From an uncultured Chloroflexia bacterium (GTDB lineage: Bacteria; Chloroflexota; Dehalococcoidia; UBA2979), in contig CAVSIV010000006.1 of assembly GCA_963728205.1 (NCBI GenBank), positions 1,728,001 through 1,792,000 of the forward strand: a DNA stretch of 64,000 nt, written 5' to 3'. This document shows, one piece after another, positions 50,834 through 61,268 of this stretch; position 1 is the stretch's first letter; every line of letters starts with the position of its first letter. A program made the position numbers and the translations under genes. Under the pieces are notes generated by a model that had not been told where the DNA came from, made no database searches, and was given only the letters and a program-made list of their open reading frames with translations.

Positions 50834-52216
50834 ATGGCCCTCAACTCAAGGCGCCGCTACGCGGCGTTGACCGGAGTCGTCGCGGTGGCCCTCACCGTCG
50901 GCGCCTGCGGCAGCAGCGACGACGACAGCGGCGGCGACAGCGGCGGCGACACAGCCGCATCAAGCACCATCGACTGCACGCCCTACGAGCAGTTCGGCGA
51001 CCTCTCGGGCACCGAGGTGAGCACGTACTCGAGCGTGGTCGCCCCCGAGGCCGACGCCTACGAAGCAGCGTGGAAGCCGTTCGAGGACTGCACGGGCGTG
51101 GACGTGAAGGGCGAGTGGTCCAAGGAGTTCGAAGCCCAGATCGTCGTGCGCGTCCAGTCCGGCAACCCGCCGGACATCGCGCTGTTCCCCCAGCCCGGCC
51201 TGCTCCAGACGGTCGTCAACGACACCGGCGCGGTGCTCCCGGTCTTCCCGGAGACCGAGGCCGTCGTCGACGAGAACTTCTCCGAGGACTGGAAGGCCTA
51301 CGGCACGGTCGACGGGACCTACTACGGGTTCCCGAACTCCTCGAACTCCAAGTCGTTCGTCTGGTACTCCCCCGGCGCCTTCGCCGACGCGGGCTACGAG
51401 ATCCCGACGACGTGGGAGGAGATGATCGCGCTCTCCGACCAGATCGTCGCGGACAACCCCGACGGCAGCGTCAAGCCGTGGTGCGCCGGCATCTCCTCCG
51501 GTGACGCGACCGGCTGGCCGGTCACGGACTGGATCGAGGACCAGATGCTCCGCGACCAGGGCGCGGACTACTACGACCAGTGGGTCAACCACGACGTCCC
51601 CTTCAACGCCGCTGAGTCCAAGGAGGTCTGGGACAAGGTCGGCACCGTCCTGCGCAACGAGGACTACGTGAACGGTGGCTTCGGCAACGTCCAGACCATC
51701 GCATCGACGACCTTCCAGGACGGCGGCCTGCCGATCCTCGACGGGTCCTGCTACATGTACAAGATGGCCTCGTTCTACGCGGCCAACTGGCCCGAGGGCA
51801 CCGACGTCTCCGAGAACGGTGAGGTCTTCGCCTTCTACTACCCGACGAACGAGGGCTCGACCGAGAAGCCGGTCCTCGTCGGCAGCGAGTTCATCGCCGC
51901 GTTCGACGAGCGCCCGGAGGTCAAGGCGTTCACGACGTTCATGGCCTCGGCCGACTACGCGAACGAGCGGGCCAAGCAGGGCTACGGGTTCGTCAGCGCG
52001 AACCTCAACCTCGACGTCAACAACGTCGACTCGCCGATCAGCAAGCTGGCGGCCGAGCAGTTCCAGGACCCGGGAGCGCTCATCCGCTTCGATGGTGCCG
52101 ACCTCATGCCCGGCGCCGTCGGTTCGGGTTCGTTCTGGAAAGAGGCGACCGCGTGGATCGCCGAGGGCAAGGACACCCAGGCGGTCCTCGACTCGGTCGA
52201 GCAGTCCTGGCCGTGA
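50834..52216 (+). CDS. sugar ABC transporter substrate-binding lipoprotein (AglE alpha-glucoside-like)
   Basis: Lipobox LTVGAC; GNPPDIALFPQPGL, KSFVWY, WCAGISSGDATGWPVTDWIED, RFDGADLMPGAVG. Confidence 0.9.
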   Translation: MALNSRRRYAALTGVVAVALTVGACGSSDDDSGGDSGGDTAASSTIDCTPYEQFGDLSGTEVSTYSSVVAPEADAYEAAWKPFEDCTGVDVKGEWSKEFEAQIVVRVQSGNPPDIALFPQPGLLQTVVNDTGAVLPVFPETEAVVDENFSEDWKAYGTVDGTYYGFPNSSNSKSFVWYSPGAFADAGYEIPTTWEEMIALSDQIVADNPDGSVKPWCAGISSGDATGWPVTDWIEDQMLRDQGADYYDQWVNHDVPFNAAESKEVWDKVGTVLRNEDYVNGGFGNVQTIASTTFQDGGLPILDGSCYMYKMASFYAANWPEGTDVSENGEVFAFYYPTNEGSTEKPVLVGSEFIAAFDERPEVKAFTTFMASADYANERAKQGYGFVSANLNLDVNNVDSPISKLAAEQFQDPGALIRFDGADLMPGAVGSGSFWKEATAWIAEGKDTQAVLDSVEQSWP

Positions 52217-52258
52217 TCCGGCCGCGTGACGCACGTCACACGATGAAGTAACGTCGTT

Positions 52259-52289
52259 GCTGGGACCCTCGCTCCGCGAGGGTCCCAGC
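52259..52289 (+). terminator. stem-loop after the binding-protein gene (partial terminator or mRNA stabiliser)
   Basis: gctgggaccctcgc-tcc-gcgagggtcccagc, 14-bp perfect stem, no U tract. Confidence 0.6.
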
Positions 52290-52320
52290 GGCGAGTCCTA
52301 CTCGGCACTACTTCACAGAG

Positions 52321-53514
52321 GTGAGTCCCCTGTCTGACATCAAGACCCCAGACAAGGCTGACGCGTCGCGAAAAGACGCCGCAGCCAACCCGCGCAAAGC
52401 CCCGATCAGCATCAGCGCCATGGCTGTGGGCATCTTCATGATCCTCGTGTTCGTCGGGGTCGTGGGGCTCATCGCAGCGAGCTTCTTCAACGCCGTCCCG
52501 GAGATCACCTGGCCCTCCTTCCTCGTCGACGCCAACAACGCCGCCGAGAAGCTCGGCCTCATGGTGTTCGTCGTCGCGCTGTTCGTCGCCGTGATGGCGC
52601 TCCTGCTGTTCATGGTGGACAGCCGCAAGCGGGTCCCCAACTGGACCGTGGCGATGGCCTTCGTCGGGCCGGCGCTCGCCGCCCTGCTGCTGGGCCTCAT
52701 CTGGCCGGGCACCAGCACGCTCATCCAGTCGTTCTTCGGGCGCTCCCCGTGGTACGACACCGAACGCAGCGAGTTCGTCGGGTTCGACAACTTCGCGACG
52801 CTGTTCACCACCTCCGAGTTCCAGGTCGTCCTGCGGAACACGATGATCTGGGTCATCCTCGTCCCGATCGTCGCGGTCGCGCTCGGGCTCATCTACGCCG
52901 TCCTCATCGACCGGACGCGCGGCGAGGCACTCTCCAAGGGCCTGATCTTCCTCCCGATGGCGATCTCCCTCGTGGGCGCGTCGATCATCTGGAAGTTCGT
53001 CTACGAGTACCGCTCCCCCGCCCGGCCGCAGATCGGGTTGGCCAACCAGATCCTCGTGTGGATCGGGCTGGAGCCGTATCAGTTCCTCATCAACCTGCCA
53101 TGGAACACGATCTTCCTCATCGTCGTCATGGTCTGGATCCAGACCGGTTTCGCGATGACGATACTCTCAGCCGCCATCAAGGCGATCCCCGACGACATCG
53201 TCGAGGCAGCCCGCCTCGACGGTGTGTCCGGCGCCCGGATGTTCCGCTACGTCACCATCCCGAGCATCCGTCCCGCGTTGCTCGTGGTCTGGGTGACGAT
53301 CACGATGACGACCCTCAAGGTCTTCGACATCGTCCGGACGATGACCGGCGGCAACTTCCAGACCAGCGTGGTGGCGAACGAGTTCTACACGCAGAGTTTC
53401 CGGCAGTTCAACTTCGGCCTCGGCGCCGCGCTGGCCGTGCTGCTCTTCGTGATCGTCATCCCGGTGGTCGTCTACCAGGTGCGACAGCTTCGACTCTCGG
53501 AGGACATTCGATGA
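52321..53514 (+). CDS. carbohydrate ABC transporter permease (AglF-like)
   Basis: FVGFDNF, LIFLPMAISLVGASIIWKFVY, EAA loop IPDDIVEAARLDG. Confidence 0.9.
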   Translation: MSPLSDIKTPDKADASRKDAAANPRKAPISISAMAVGIFMILVFVGVVGLIAASFFNAVPEITWPSFLVDANNAAEKLGLMVFVVALFVAVMALLLFMVDSRKRVPNWTVAMAFVGPALAALLLGLIWPGTSTLIQSFFGRSPWYDTERSEFVGFDNFATLFTTSEFQVVLRNTMIWVILVPIVAVALGLIYAVLIDRTRGEALSKGLIFLPMAISLVGASIIWKFVYEYRSPARPQIGLANQILVWIGLEPYQFLINLPWNTIFLIVVMVWIQTGFAMTILSAAIKAIPDDIVEAARLDGVSGARMFRYVTIPSIRPALLVVWVTITMTTLKVFDIVRTMTGGNFQTSVVANEFYTQSFRQFNFGLGAALAVLLFVIVIPVVVYQVRQLRLSEDIR

Positions 53515-54452
53515 CAACCTCGAACCCGGGTATGCCCGTCACCACCACGGAGAAGAAGCCGCCGGCCGGCCCACGCAAGCTGACCAAGGCCGAGATACGG
53601 GCGACGGAGACCAAGACCAAGCTCACCTCGCCCTGGGCCACGGGCATCGCGATCGTCATGGCGATCCTGTGGACGATCCCGACCCTGGGGCTGGCGATCA
53701 CCTCGATCCGCCCGCAGGCATCCATCCAGAGCAGCGGGTGGTGGACCTGGTTCACCAACCCCGAGTTCACCCTGGCCAACTACGACCAGGTGCTCACCGG
53801 GAGCAGCACCGCGTTCGCGACGTACTTCGTCAACACGCTCGTCATCACGGTCCCGGCCGTGGTCATCCCGATCACGATCGCGCTGCTGGCCGCGTACGGC
53901 TTCGCCTGGATCGAGTTCAGGGGTCGCGACCTGCTGTTCGTCGCCGTCTTCGCGCTCCAGATCGTCCCCCTGCAGGTCACGCTGATCCCGCTGCTGTCGA
54001 TCTACGTCGACATCGGGCTCGCCGGTTCGTTCTGGACGGTGTGGCTCTCGCACTCGATCTTCGCCCTGCCGCTGGCGATCTTCATGTTCCACAACTTCAT
54101 GAAGGACATCCCGCGATCGCTGGTCGAGGCGGCTCGGGTCGACGGTGCCGGTCACGTGCGGATCTTCTTCCGGGTCCTGCTGCCGCTGCTCGTCCCGGCC
54201 GTCGCCGCGTTCACGGTCTTCCAGTTCCTGTGGGTGTGGAACGACCTGCTCGTCGCGCTGACCTTCGCGGGCGGCTCGCCCAACGTCGCGCCGCTCACGG
54301 TCCGGCTGGCCGAGCTGTCCGGTTCACGCGGCCAAGACTGGCACCTGCTCTCGGCAGGCGCCTTCGTGGCACTCGTCGTGCCGGTGGCCATCTTCCTCTT
54401 CGGCCAGCGGTACTTCGTGCGGGGCCTGCTGGCGGGCGGTGTGAAGGGCTGA
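53511..54452 (+). CDS. carbohydrate ABC transporter permease (AglG-like)
   Basis: FTLANY, IVPLQVTLIPL, IPRSLVEAARVDGA, FLWVWNDLL, QRYFVRGLLAGGVKG. Confidence 0.9.
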   Translation: MTTSNPGMPVTTTEKKPPAGPRKLTKAEIRATETKTKLTSPWATGIAIVMAILWTIPTLGLAITSIRPQASIQSSGWWTWFTNPEFTLANYDQVLTGSSTAFATYFVNTLVITVPAVVIPITIALLAAYGFAWIEFRGRDLLFVAVFALQIVPLQVTLIPLLSIYVDIGLAGSFWTVWLSHSIFALPLAIFMFHNFMKDIPRSLVEAARVDGAGHVRIFFRVLLPLLVPAVAAFTVFQFLWVWNDLLVALTFAGGSPNVAPLTVRLAELSGSRGQDWHLLSAGAFVALVVPVAIFLFGQRYFVRGLLAGGVKG

Positions 54453-54497
54453 CCCGGGCCTCCTCCGGGACGGTCTGCCACCACGAGGAAGGGCGGC

Positions 54498-55528
54498 TTG
54501 GATCAGCACCATCACTGATGTGGCGCGGGTGGCCGGGGTATCGGTTGCCACGGTCTCCCGCGCCCTCAGGGGACTCGACCGGGTCTCCCCGGAGACGCGC
54601 GAGCGGGTCCTGCGGGTCGCGGAGGACCTGCACTACGTCGCCTCACCCACGGCCACGTCCCTCGCCTCGGGACGCACGCGGGTGGTCGCGGTCGTGGCGC
54701 CGTTCCTCACGCGGTGGTTCTTCGCGACCCTCGTCAGCGCCATCCAGAAGACCCTGCGCGCTCACGGACACCACGTCATGCTCTTCGACCTCGAGGACGA
54801 CGACTTCGACCAGCGACTCCCCCTGTCCCAGAACATGCTCTGGAAACGGGTCGACGGCGTCATCACCCTCAACATCCCGATGACTCCCGACGAGGTCGCC
54901 CTGGTGGAGCGTCTCGACCTGCCCCTGGTCGCGATCGGCACACCGGTCCAGGGTCGCGCCTGCGTGCGGATCGACGACGGGCAGGCAACGCGCACCGCCA
55001 TGGACCACCTCATCGGGCTGGGACACGAACGGATCGGCTACGTCGGCGCGGTTCCGGCGAACGCCGCGCACATCCGGACCCCACAGAGCCGGCTCGCCGC
55101 ATTCCGGTCGTCGCTGCGCGATGCAGGGCTGCCGTACCGCGACGACTGGGTGATCGCGTCGGACTGGACGGCGGATTCCGCGGCTCGCGACAGCAGGGCG
55201 CTGCTCGGCCTCGACAACGGTCCGACCGCAGTCCTGGCCGCCTCCGACGAGATGGCCATCGGGGTCCGCGAGTCGCGCCCGGAGCATGGGGATCGACGTG
55301 CCCGGCGACCTCTCGGTGATCGGCATCGACGACTACGTGCTCTCCGCCGTCCTCGGGCTGACCACGGTGAGGCAGGACGTGGCCGGTCAGGGGCACCTGG
55401 CGGCCGAGCTGCTGCTGCGCGCCCTCGTCGACGGCGAGCAGTGCTCGGACCAGGTGATCGTCCCGACCGAGCTGGTGGTCCGGGAGTCGACCGGTCCCGC
55501 GCCGGCGCTGGCCGCGTTGACGCAGTGA
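54498..55528 (+). CDS. LacI-family transcriptional regulator; indels near the start and near 55,275
   Basis: TITDVARVAGVSVATVSRAL, LGHERIGY, PTAVLAASDEMAIG, VPGDLSVIGIDD, LTTVRQD, TELVVREST. Confidence 0.9.
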
Positions 55529-55540
55529 GCCGGGCAGGGC

Positions 55541-57669
55541 TCAGGCGTCGATCCGCTCCCGGTCCAGCGCGTTCGCCGAGGAGATGATGAAGTCCTTGCG
55601 GGGACCGACGTCGCCTCCCATGAGCAGCTCGAACACGGTCGCGGCCGAGTCGAGGTCGGCAGCGGTGACCTTGCGCAGCGTGCGGTGTCGCGGATCCATC
55701 GTCGTCTCGGCCAGCTGGTCGGCATCCATCTCCCCGAGGCCCTTGTAGCGCTGCAGGGGCTTGGTCTTGCGGCCCCGCTTGGCCAGCGCGGCCATCGTGC
55801 GACGCATCTCGGTCTCGGAGTAGGTGTAGAGGACCTCGTTCGGCCTTGCTCCCGGCATTGACCACCTCGATCCGGTGCAGCGGCGGCACGGCGGCGTAGA
55901 CCCGCCCGGCCTCGACGAGCGGTCGCATGTAGCGGAAGAACAGGGTCAGCAGCAGGGTGCGGATGTGGGCTCCGTCGACATCGGCGTCGGTCATGATGAT
56001 GACCTTGCCGTAGCGCGCCGCATCGAGGTCGAAGCTGCGCCCCGACCCCGCGCCGATGACCTGGATGATCGCGGCGCACTCGGCGTTGCCGAGCATGTCG
56101 GTCACCGACGCCTTCTGCACGTTGAGGATCTTGCCGCGGATCGGCAGGAGTGCCTGGTGGTCGCTGCTGCGCGCCAGCTTGGCGGTGCCCAGGGCGCTGT
56201 CGCCCTCGACGATGAACAGTTCGGTGCGCTCGACGTCGTTGCTGCGGCAGTCGGCCAGCTTGGCCGGGAGCGAGGAGGACTCCAGCGCGGTCTTGCGGCG
56301 CTGCGTCTCCTTGTGCATCCGCGCGCTGATCCGCGACTTCATCTCCGCGGTGACCTTCTCGAGCAGCACCGCCGCCTGCTGCTTCTCCCCGCGCCTGGTC
56401 GAGGAGAGCCGCGCCGTGAGCTCCTTCTCCACCACCCGGGCCACGATCGCGCGGACGGCCGAGGTGCCGAGCACCTCCTTGGTCTGCCCCTCGAACTGCG
56501 GCTCCGCCAGGCGAACGGTGACGACGGCCGTGAGGCCGGCCATCGCGTCGTCCTTCTCCAACTTGTCGTTGCCGACCTTGAGGCGACGTGCGTTGGCCTC
56601 GAGCTGCTTCCTCAGCACCTTGAGCAGGGCCTGGTCGAAGCCGGCCAGGTGGGTGCCGCCCTTGGGGGTGGCGATGATGTTGACGAACGAGGACACCGTG
56701 GTGTCGTAGCCGGTGCCCCACCGCACCGCGACGTCGACACCGCACTCACGCTCGACCTCGGTGGGGGTCATGTGCCCGCGGCTGTCGAGGACGGGGACCG
56801 TCTCGGTGAAGGTGCCCGAGCCCTGGAGCCGCCACACGTCGGTCACGGGGGGGTCGGGCGCCAGGAACTCACAGAACTCCGAGATGCCGCCGTCGTGGAG
56901 GAAGGTCTCCTCCACCGGGTCGGGCGCCCCGCTCGTCGCGGATGACGATGGTCAGTCCGGGGACGAGGAACGAGGTCTGCCGGGCCCGGCCGAGCAGACC
57001 CTCGAGGTCGAAACCGGCGTCCTTGAGGAAGATCTGCCGGTCGGCCCAGTAGCGCACCCGGGTGCCTGTGACGCCACGGCGGGTCTTCCCCACGACGACG
57101 AGCTCGCTGTTGTCGGTGTAGGCCGTGAACTCGTGCTCCGGGTCCTTCCTCCCCTGCGCGCCCGCGACGTCGGAGAACACGCCCGGCTCGCCGCGCCGGA
57201 AGCTCATCGCCCAGGTCTTGCCACCCCGGTCGACCTCGACGTCGAGGCGGGAGGACAGCGCGTTGACCACGGAGGCGCCGACGCCGTGCAGGCCGCCGGA
57301 TGCCGTGTAGGACCCGCCCCCGAACTTCCCGCCCGCGTGCAGCCGGGTGTAGACGAGCTCGACCCCCGTGAGGCCGGTGCGCGGCTCGATGTCGACCGGA
57401 ACCCCGCGCCCGTTGTCGCGGACCTCGACCGAGCCGTCATCCTGGAGGATGACCTCGATGTGGTCGCAGTGACCCCCCAGGGCCTCGTCGACGGAGTTGT
57501 CGATGATCTCCCACAGGCAGTGCATGACACCCCGGGAGTCCGTGGACCCGATGTACATGCCCGGCCGCTTGCGGACCGCCTCGAGCCCCTCGAGGACCTG
57601 GAGGTGGTGCGCGGTGTAGTCGGTCGCGGACTTGCTGGTCGCGGTCTTCCGGGCGGTGGGACTGGGCAC
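55541..57669 (-). CDS. parE: type IIA topoisomerase subunit B (actinobacterial Topo IV ParE / GyrB paralog), frameshifts
   Basis: LEGLEAVRKRPGMYIGST, EIIDNSVDE, LHAGGKF, GLHGVGASVVNALS, FIVEGDSA, PIRGKILN, MTDADVDGAHI, QRYKGLGEM. Confidence 0.92.
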
Positions 57670-57906
57670 ATCCGGCAGCGTATCCGGCGGCTGCGACGGC
57701 TCCGCGCAGGCGCACCGCACGCGCTCACGCCACCAGGTGGTCCCGACCCGGCCCAGGTCACGATCCGGACATGACCGGGACCACAAGGGTGAACAGTGCA
57801 CGGCGGGAAGCATCTGCCGTGATTGACTGTTGCTATCAACCGCTGCCCGATCCGGGCCGCACCCCGTATGACGTGCTTGAACCTTGAGCGAGCCGAGGAG
57901 GCCGAC

Positions 57907-58122
57907 GTGAACGCCGCACTGGCACCCGCCCTGACCGCCACGGACCGATGCGACCGATGCAGCGCGCAGGCCTACGTCCGCGCGACGCTGCACGCCGGTG
58001 GCGAGCTGTTCTTCTGTGCCCACCACGGGCGGGAGCACACCCCCGCACTGGTCGGCCTGGCCGAGATCCACGACGAGAGCGAGCGACTCATGGAGTCGAC
58101 GTCGGCCGGAGACCACGGCTGA
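57907..58122 (+). CDS. small Cys/His zinc-ribbon-like conserved actinobacterial protein
   Basis: LTATDRCDRCSAQAYVR...LFFCAHH...IHDE; commonly divergent from parE. Confidence 0.8.
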   Translation: MNAALAPALTATDRCDRCSAQAYVRATLHAGGELFFCAHHGREHTPALVGLAEIHDESERLMESTSAGDHG

Positions 58123-58123
58123 G

Positions 58124-58618
58124 GTGGATGCCCTCGCCGACGACGTCGGCGTGATCGTTCCGACCCTGCTCGTCCTCGTCGGGCTCATCGGCATCGTCGT
58201 GCCGGTGCTCCCGGGTCTCCTGCTCGTCCTGGGCGGGGTCCTGCTCTGGGCGGGAATGGATGGGTCCGCCACGGCGTGGACCATCTTCGCGATCAGCGTG
58301 CTCCTCGCTGCGGCCGGTTTCGCGCTGCAGTACCTCGTCCCCGGCAGGCGGATGCGTCAGGCAGGGGTCTCCAACTCCACCCTCGTCCTCGCGGTGGTCA
58401 TCGCGATCATCGGCTTCTTCGTCATCCCCGTGGTCGGGGCGATCATCGGGTTCGTCCTGGGGATCTACGTCGTGGAGCTCGGCCGGAGCAAGGACCGGTC
58501 CCATGCCTGGGTGCGCACCAAGCACGCCCTGATCGCGGTCCTGCAGAGCGTCGGGATCGAGCTGCTCGCCGGGCTCGGGATCGCCGGCGTCTACGTCGTC
58601 GGGCTCACCGTCACCTGA
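58124..58618 (+). CDS. DUF456 family membrane protein
   Basis: GLIGIVVPVLPG, IGFFVIPVVGAIIGFVLGIY. Confidence 0.85.
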   Translation: MDALADDVGVIVPTLLVLVGLIGIVVPVLPGLLLVLGGVLLWAGMDGSATAWTIFAISVLLAAAGFALQYLVPGRRMRQAGVSNSTLVLAVVIAIIGFFVIPVVGAIIGFVLGIYVVELGRSKDRSHAWVRTKHALIAVLQSVGIELLAGLGIAGVYVVGLTVT

Positions 58619-58727
58619 GCGGCACCTGCCGGGCGAGGACGGCGAACTCCCCCGCCCCGTGCGGCGGTCGGCGAACGGGCCGGTCGATTCTCGCCTGTCT
58701 AACCTCGGTGTCCACCTCGTGGGACGG

Positions 58728-59115
58728 TCACATGTTCTGGCGGCGGTCCCAGCGCTCGTCGAGGCGCTCCATGAAGGAGGGCTTGCCCCGCTTCTTGCCC
58801 CCCTTGGCCCCCTGGCGCGGGAGCGCCGTCGGACCCGACCGCCGCGAGGTGGCCCTTGCGCGGTGGGGTCACCGCGAACACTGCAGCCGCCACCATGACG
58901 GCGAAGCCGACGGCCCCGACCCACATCGTCGTGTTGACCCCGACGAGCACGAGGCCCAGCCCGGCGAGCACCCCGACGGCGCCCACGACCCAGCGTCGTC
59001 GCTGCAGCGAAGCCAGCGTGCTGCCCTGCATCTGCGAGGCGAACTTCGGGTCTTCGGCAGCGAGCGCCTGCTCCATCTGCTCGAGCATCTTCTGCTCATG
59101 GTCTGAGAGGGGCAC
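58728..59115 (-). CDS. DUF3040 family membrane protein, indel in the C-terminal part
   Basis: (M)PLSDHEQKMLEQMEQALAAEDPKFAS, two TM segments; other frame ends SFMERLDERWDRRQNM*. Confidence 0.85.
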
Positions 59116-59170
59116 GGATCCTCCCGTGGTCGGCCCGGCGCCGGATGGACGCCATGTTGTCCCTGAGCCT

Positions 59171-60428
59171 TCAGGATATGTCGCGATCGGGTCGGGCGGT
59201 AGTCGATGTGTCACGTGAGATGAGACTCGCCGGTCGAACCGACCCCGACCCGAACCGTGCCCTGGCCCTGTCGACCGCCTTGTCGGCGTCGCGCCACCCG
59301 TGTTCCGGCTCCCCGATGACTCCCTGGATCGGGGCGACGCGTGCCTCGACGAGCTTGTCGAGGCGCACCCCGACGAGGCGGATCCGGGCGCGCTGGAGCC
59401 CCAGCGCGTCGAAGAGCCCCACCGCCGCCTCGTGGATGGCGCGGCCGCTGTCGGTCGGCTCCCTCAGGGTCCGTGACCGCGTGATCGTCGTGAAGTCGCT
59501 GAACCGCACCCGCAGCGTCACCGTGCGACCCGTGAGCCCGGCGGCGCGCATCCTCGCGGCGGTGCGTTCACTCAGGGCCAGGAGGCGCCGGTGGATCTCC
59601 TGCGGCGTCGTCGATGTCGAACTCGAACGTCTCGTCGCTCCCGATGCTCTTCTCGCGGTGCTCACGCTCGACCGGTCGCGGGTCGCGGCCCCAGGACAGG
59701 TCGTGCAGATGAGTTCCGGTGGCATCTCCGAGAGCTCGGACCAGCGTCGTGACGGGAGTGTGGGCGATGTCGGCGACGGTGCGCAGCCCGAGCCGGACCA
59801 GCGCCTCCTCGGTGCGCTCCCCCACTCCCCAGAGGGCACCGACCGGCAGCTGCTGCACGAAGGGGACGACCTCGTCGCGGGGGACGACGACCATCCCGTC
59901 GGGCTTGGCGAGGCCGGAGGCCAGCTTGGCGACGAACTTCGTCGAGGCCACCCCGACCGAGCAGGTGATGCCCTGCTCGTCGTGGACGGTGTCCCGGATC
60001 TGTTGCCCGATGACCGCGGGAGGGCCGAGCCGACGGACGGCGCCGGAGACGTCGAGGAAGGCCTCGTCGAGCGAGAGCGGCTCGATGACCGGCGTCACGG
60101 CACGGAAGGTCTCCATGACGGCGGCGGAGATCGCGGCATACAGCCGGTGCTCGGGAGGCAGCACCGTCGCCTGAGGACACAGCCGGCGTGCCCGTGCCAT
60201 CGGCATGGCAGAGGTCACCCCGAAGCGCCGGGCCTCGTAGGTCGCCGAGAGCACGACTCCCCGGTTGCCGCCCCCGATGATGACCGGCGTGCCGACGAGG
60301 TCAGGGTGCGAGAGCAGCGTGGCGTTGGCGTAGAAGGCGTCCATGTCGACGTGCAGCACCGTGCAGCCGGTGTCGTCCGGAGGGTCGGTGGCGGCCCTCT
60401 CCGGGAGGGCGAACTGACGGCGACTCAT
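59171..60428 (-). CDS. dinB: DNA polymerase IV (Y family), frameshift near 59,600
   Basis: LHVDMDAFYA, ATYEARRFGVTSAMP, SLDEAFLD, KFVAKLAS..AKPDG, LWGVG, KSIGSDETF, VRFSDFTTITRSRT, IRLVGV. Confidence 0.95.
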
Positions 60429-60443
60429 CGTCGGGGCGGAGGG

Positions 60444-61226
60444 TCAGCCCCGGGTCGCGAGGACGTGGCGCACACTGCCCAGCGCTCCGAGGAGCGGGTG
60501 ATCGGGGTGCCGGCTCGCGAGGTCCTCGAGCTCGAGGAGGGCGACCCGGTCGGCCTCGGAGTCGACGAGCGCGGAGGGCACGAGGTCGCTGAAGATCCGC
60601 GCTCCGTGGCTGTCGAACGGCTGGAGTCCGTGGGCCGCGAGCAGGTCGAGGATGGTCGCCTCGTCGAACCGCCGCGGCGCGGGGTCGTCCTCGCCCCACC
60701 GGCCGTCGGGCCGGGTGAGGACGGCGCTGGCCCGCTCGAACTGGCCGGCCAGCGCACGGGCCAGGGCGGCGTGCAGCCGCTGTGCGACGACGAGGGAGAG
60801 GGTTCCCCCCGGTGCCAGGACGTCGGCCACCCCCGCCAGCGCGGCATCGGGGTCGTCGACGACCTCCAACGTGCCGTGCAGGCAGACGATGTCGTATGCC
60901 GGTGGGCTGTCGCCGCCGAGGTCGCGCACCGAGTCGGTGTCGCCCTGGACGGCATGGACCCGGTCCTCGACGCCTCGCTCGGCGGCCCGCCGGCGAAGGG
61001 AGGCGAGGGCGTCCGGGCTCGGGTCGACGACGGTGACGTCGTGTCCGGCCTCGGCGAGCGGGACGGCGATGCCTCCGGTGCCACCCCCGAGGTCGAGGAC
61101 GAGCAGCGCCCGCCCCAACCGGGTGCTCCGGTCCAGGGCGAGCTCCTCGAGAGCCGCCCACACCGCGGCGGTGCGCAACCCGGCAGGGGGTCCCGGCGTG
61201 CGGGTGCGACCTCGCTCGTCGGCCAC
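60444..61226 (-). CDS. class I SAM-dependent methyltransferase
   Basis: VLDLGGGTGG, VVDPSPDAL, VQGD, LEVVDDP. Confidence 0.88.
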   Translation of the reverse strand: MADERGRTRTPGPPAGLRTAAVWAALEELALDRSTRLGRALLVLDLGGGTGGIAVPLAEAGHDVTVVDPSPDALASLRRRAAERGVEDRVHAVQGDTDSVRDLGGDSPPAYDIVCLHGTLEVVDDPDAALAGVADVLAPGGTLSLVVAQRLHAALARALAGQFERASAVLTRPDGRWGEDDPAPRRFDEATILDLLAAHGLQPFDSHGARIFSDLVPSALVDSEADRVALLELEDLASRHPDHPLLGALGSVRHVLATRG

Positions 61227-61268
61227 GGCTGCTCCTGGGAAGGTCGGGAAGGTGCTGTCAGAGCCACC

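Noticed and set aside
48224-57669. Programmed frameshifting or pseudogenisation of parC, parE, lacI and other core genes
   Set aside because: Indels are scattered through many conserved genes without slippery-site patterns, consistent with sequencing error
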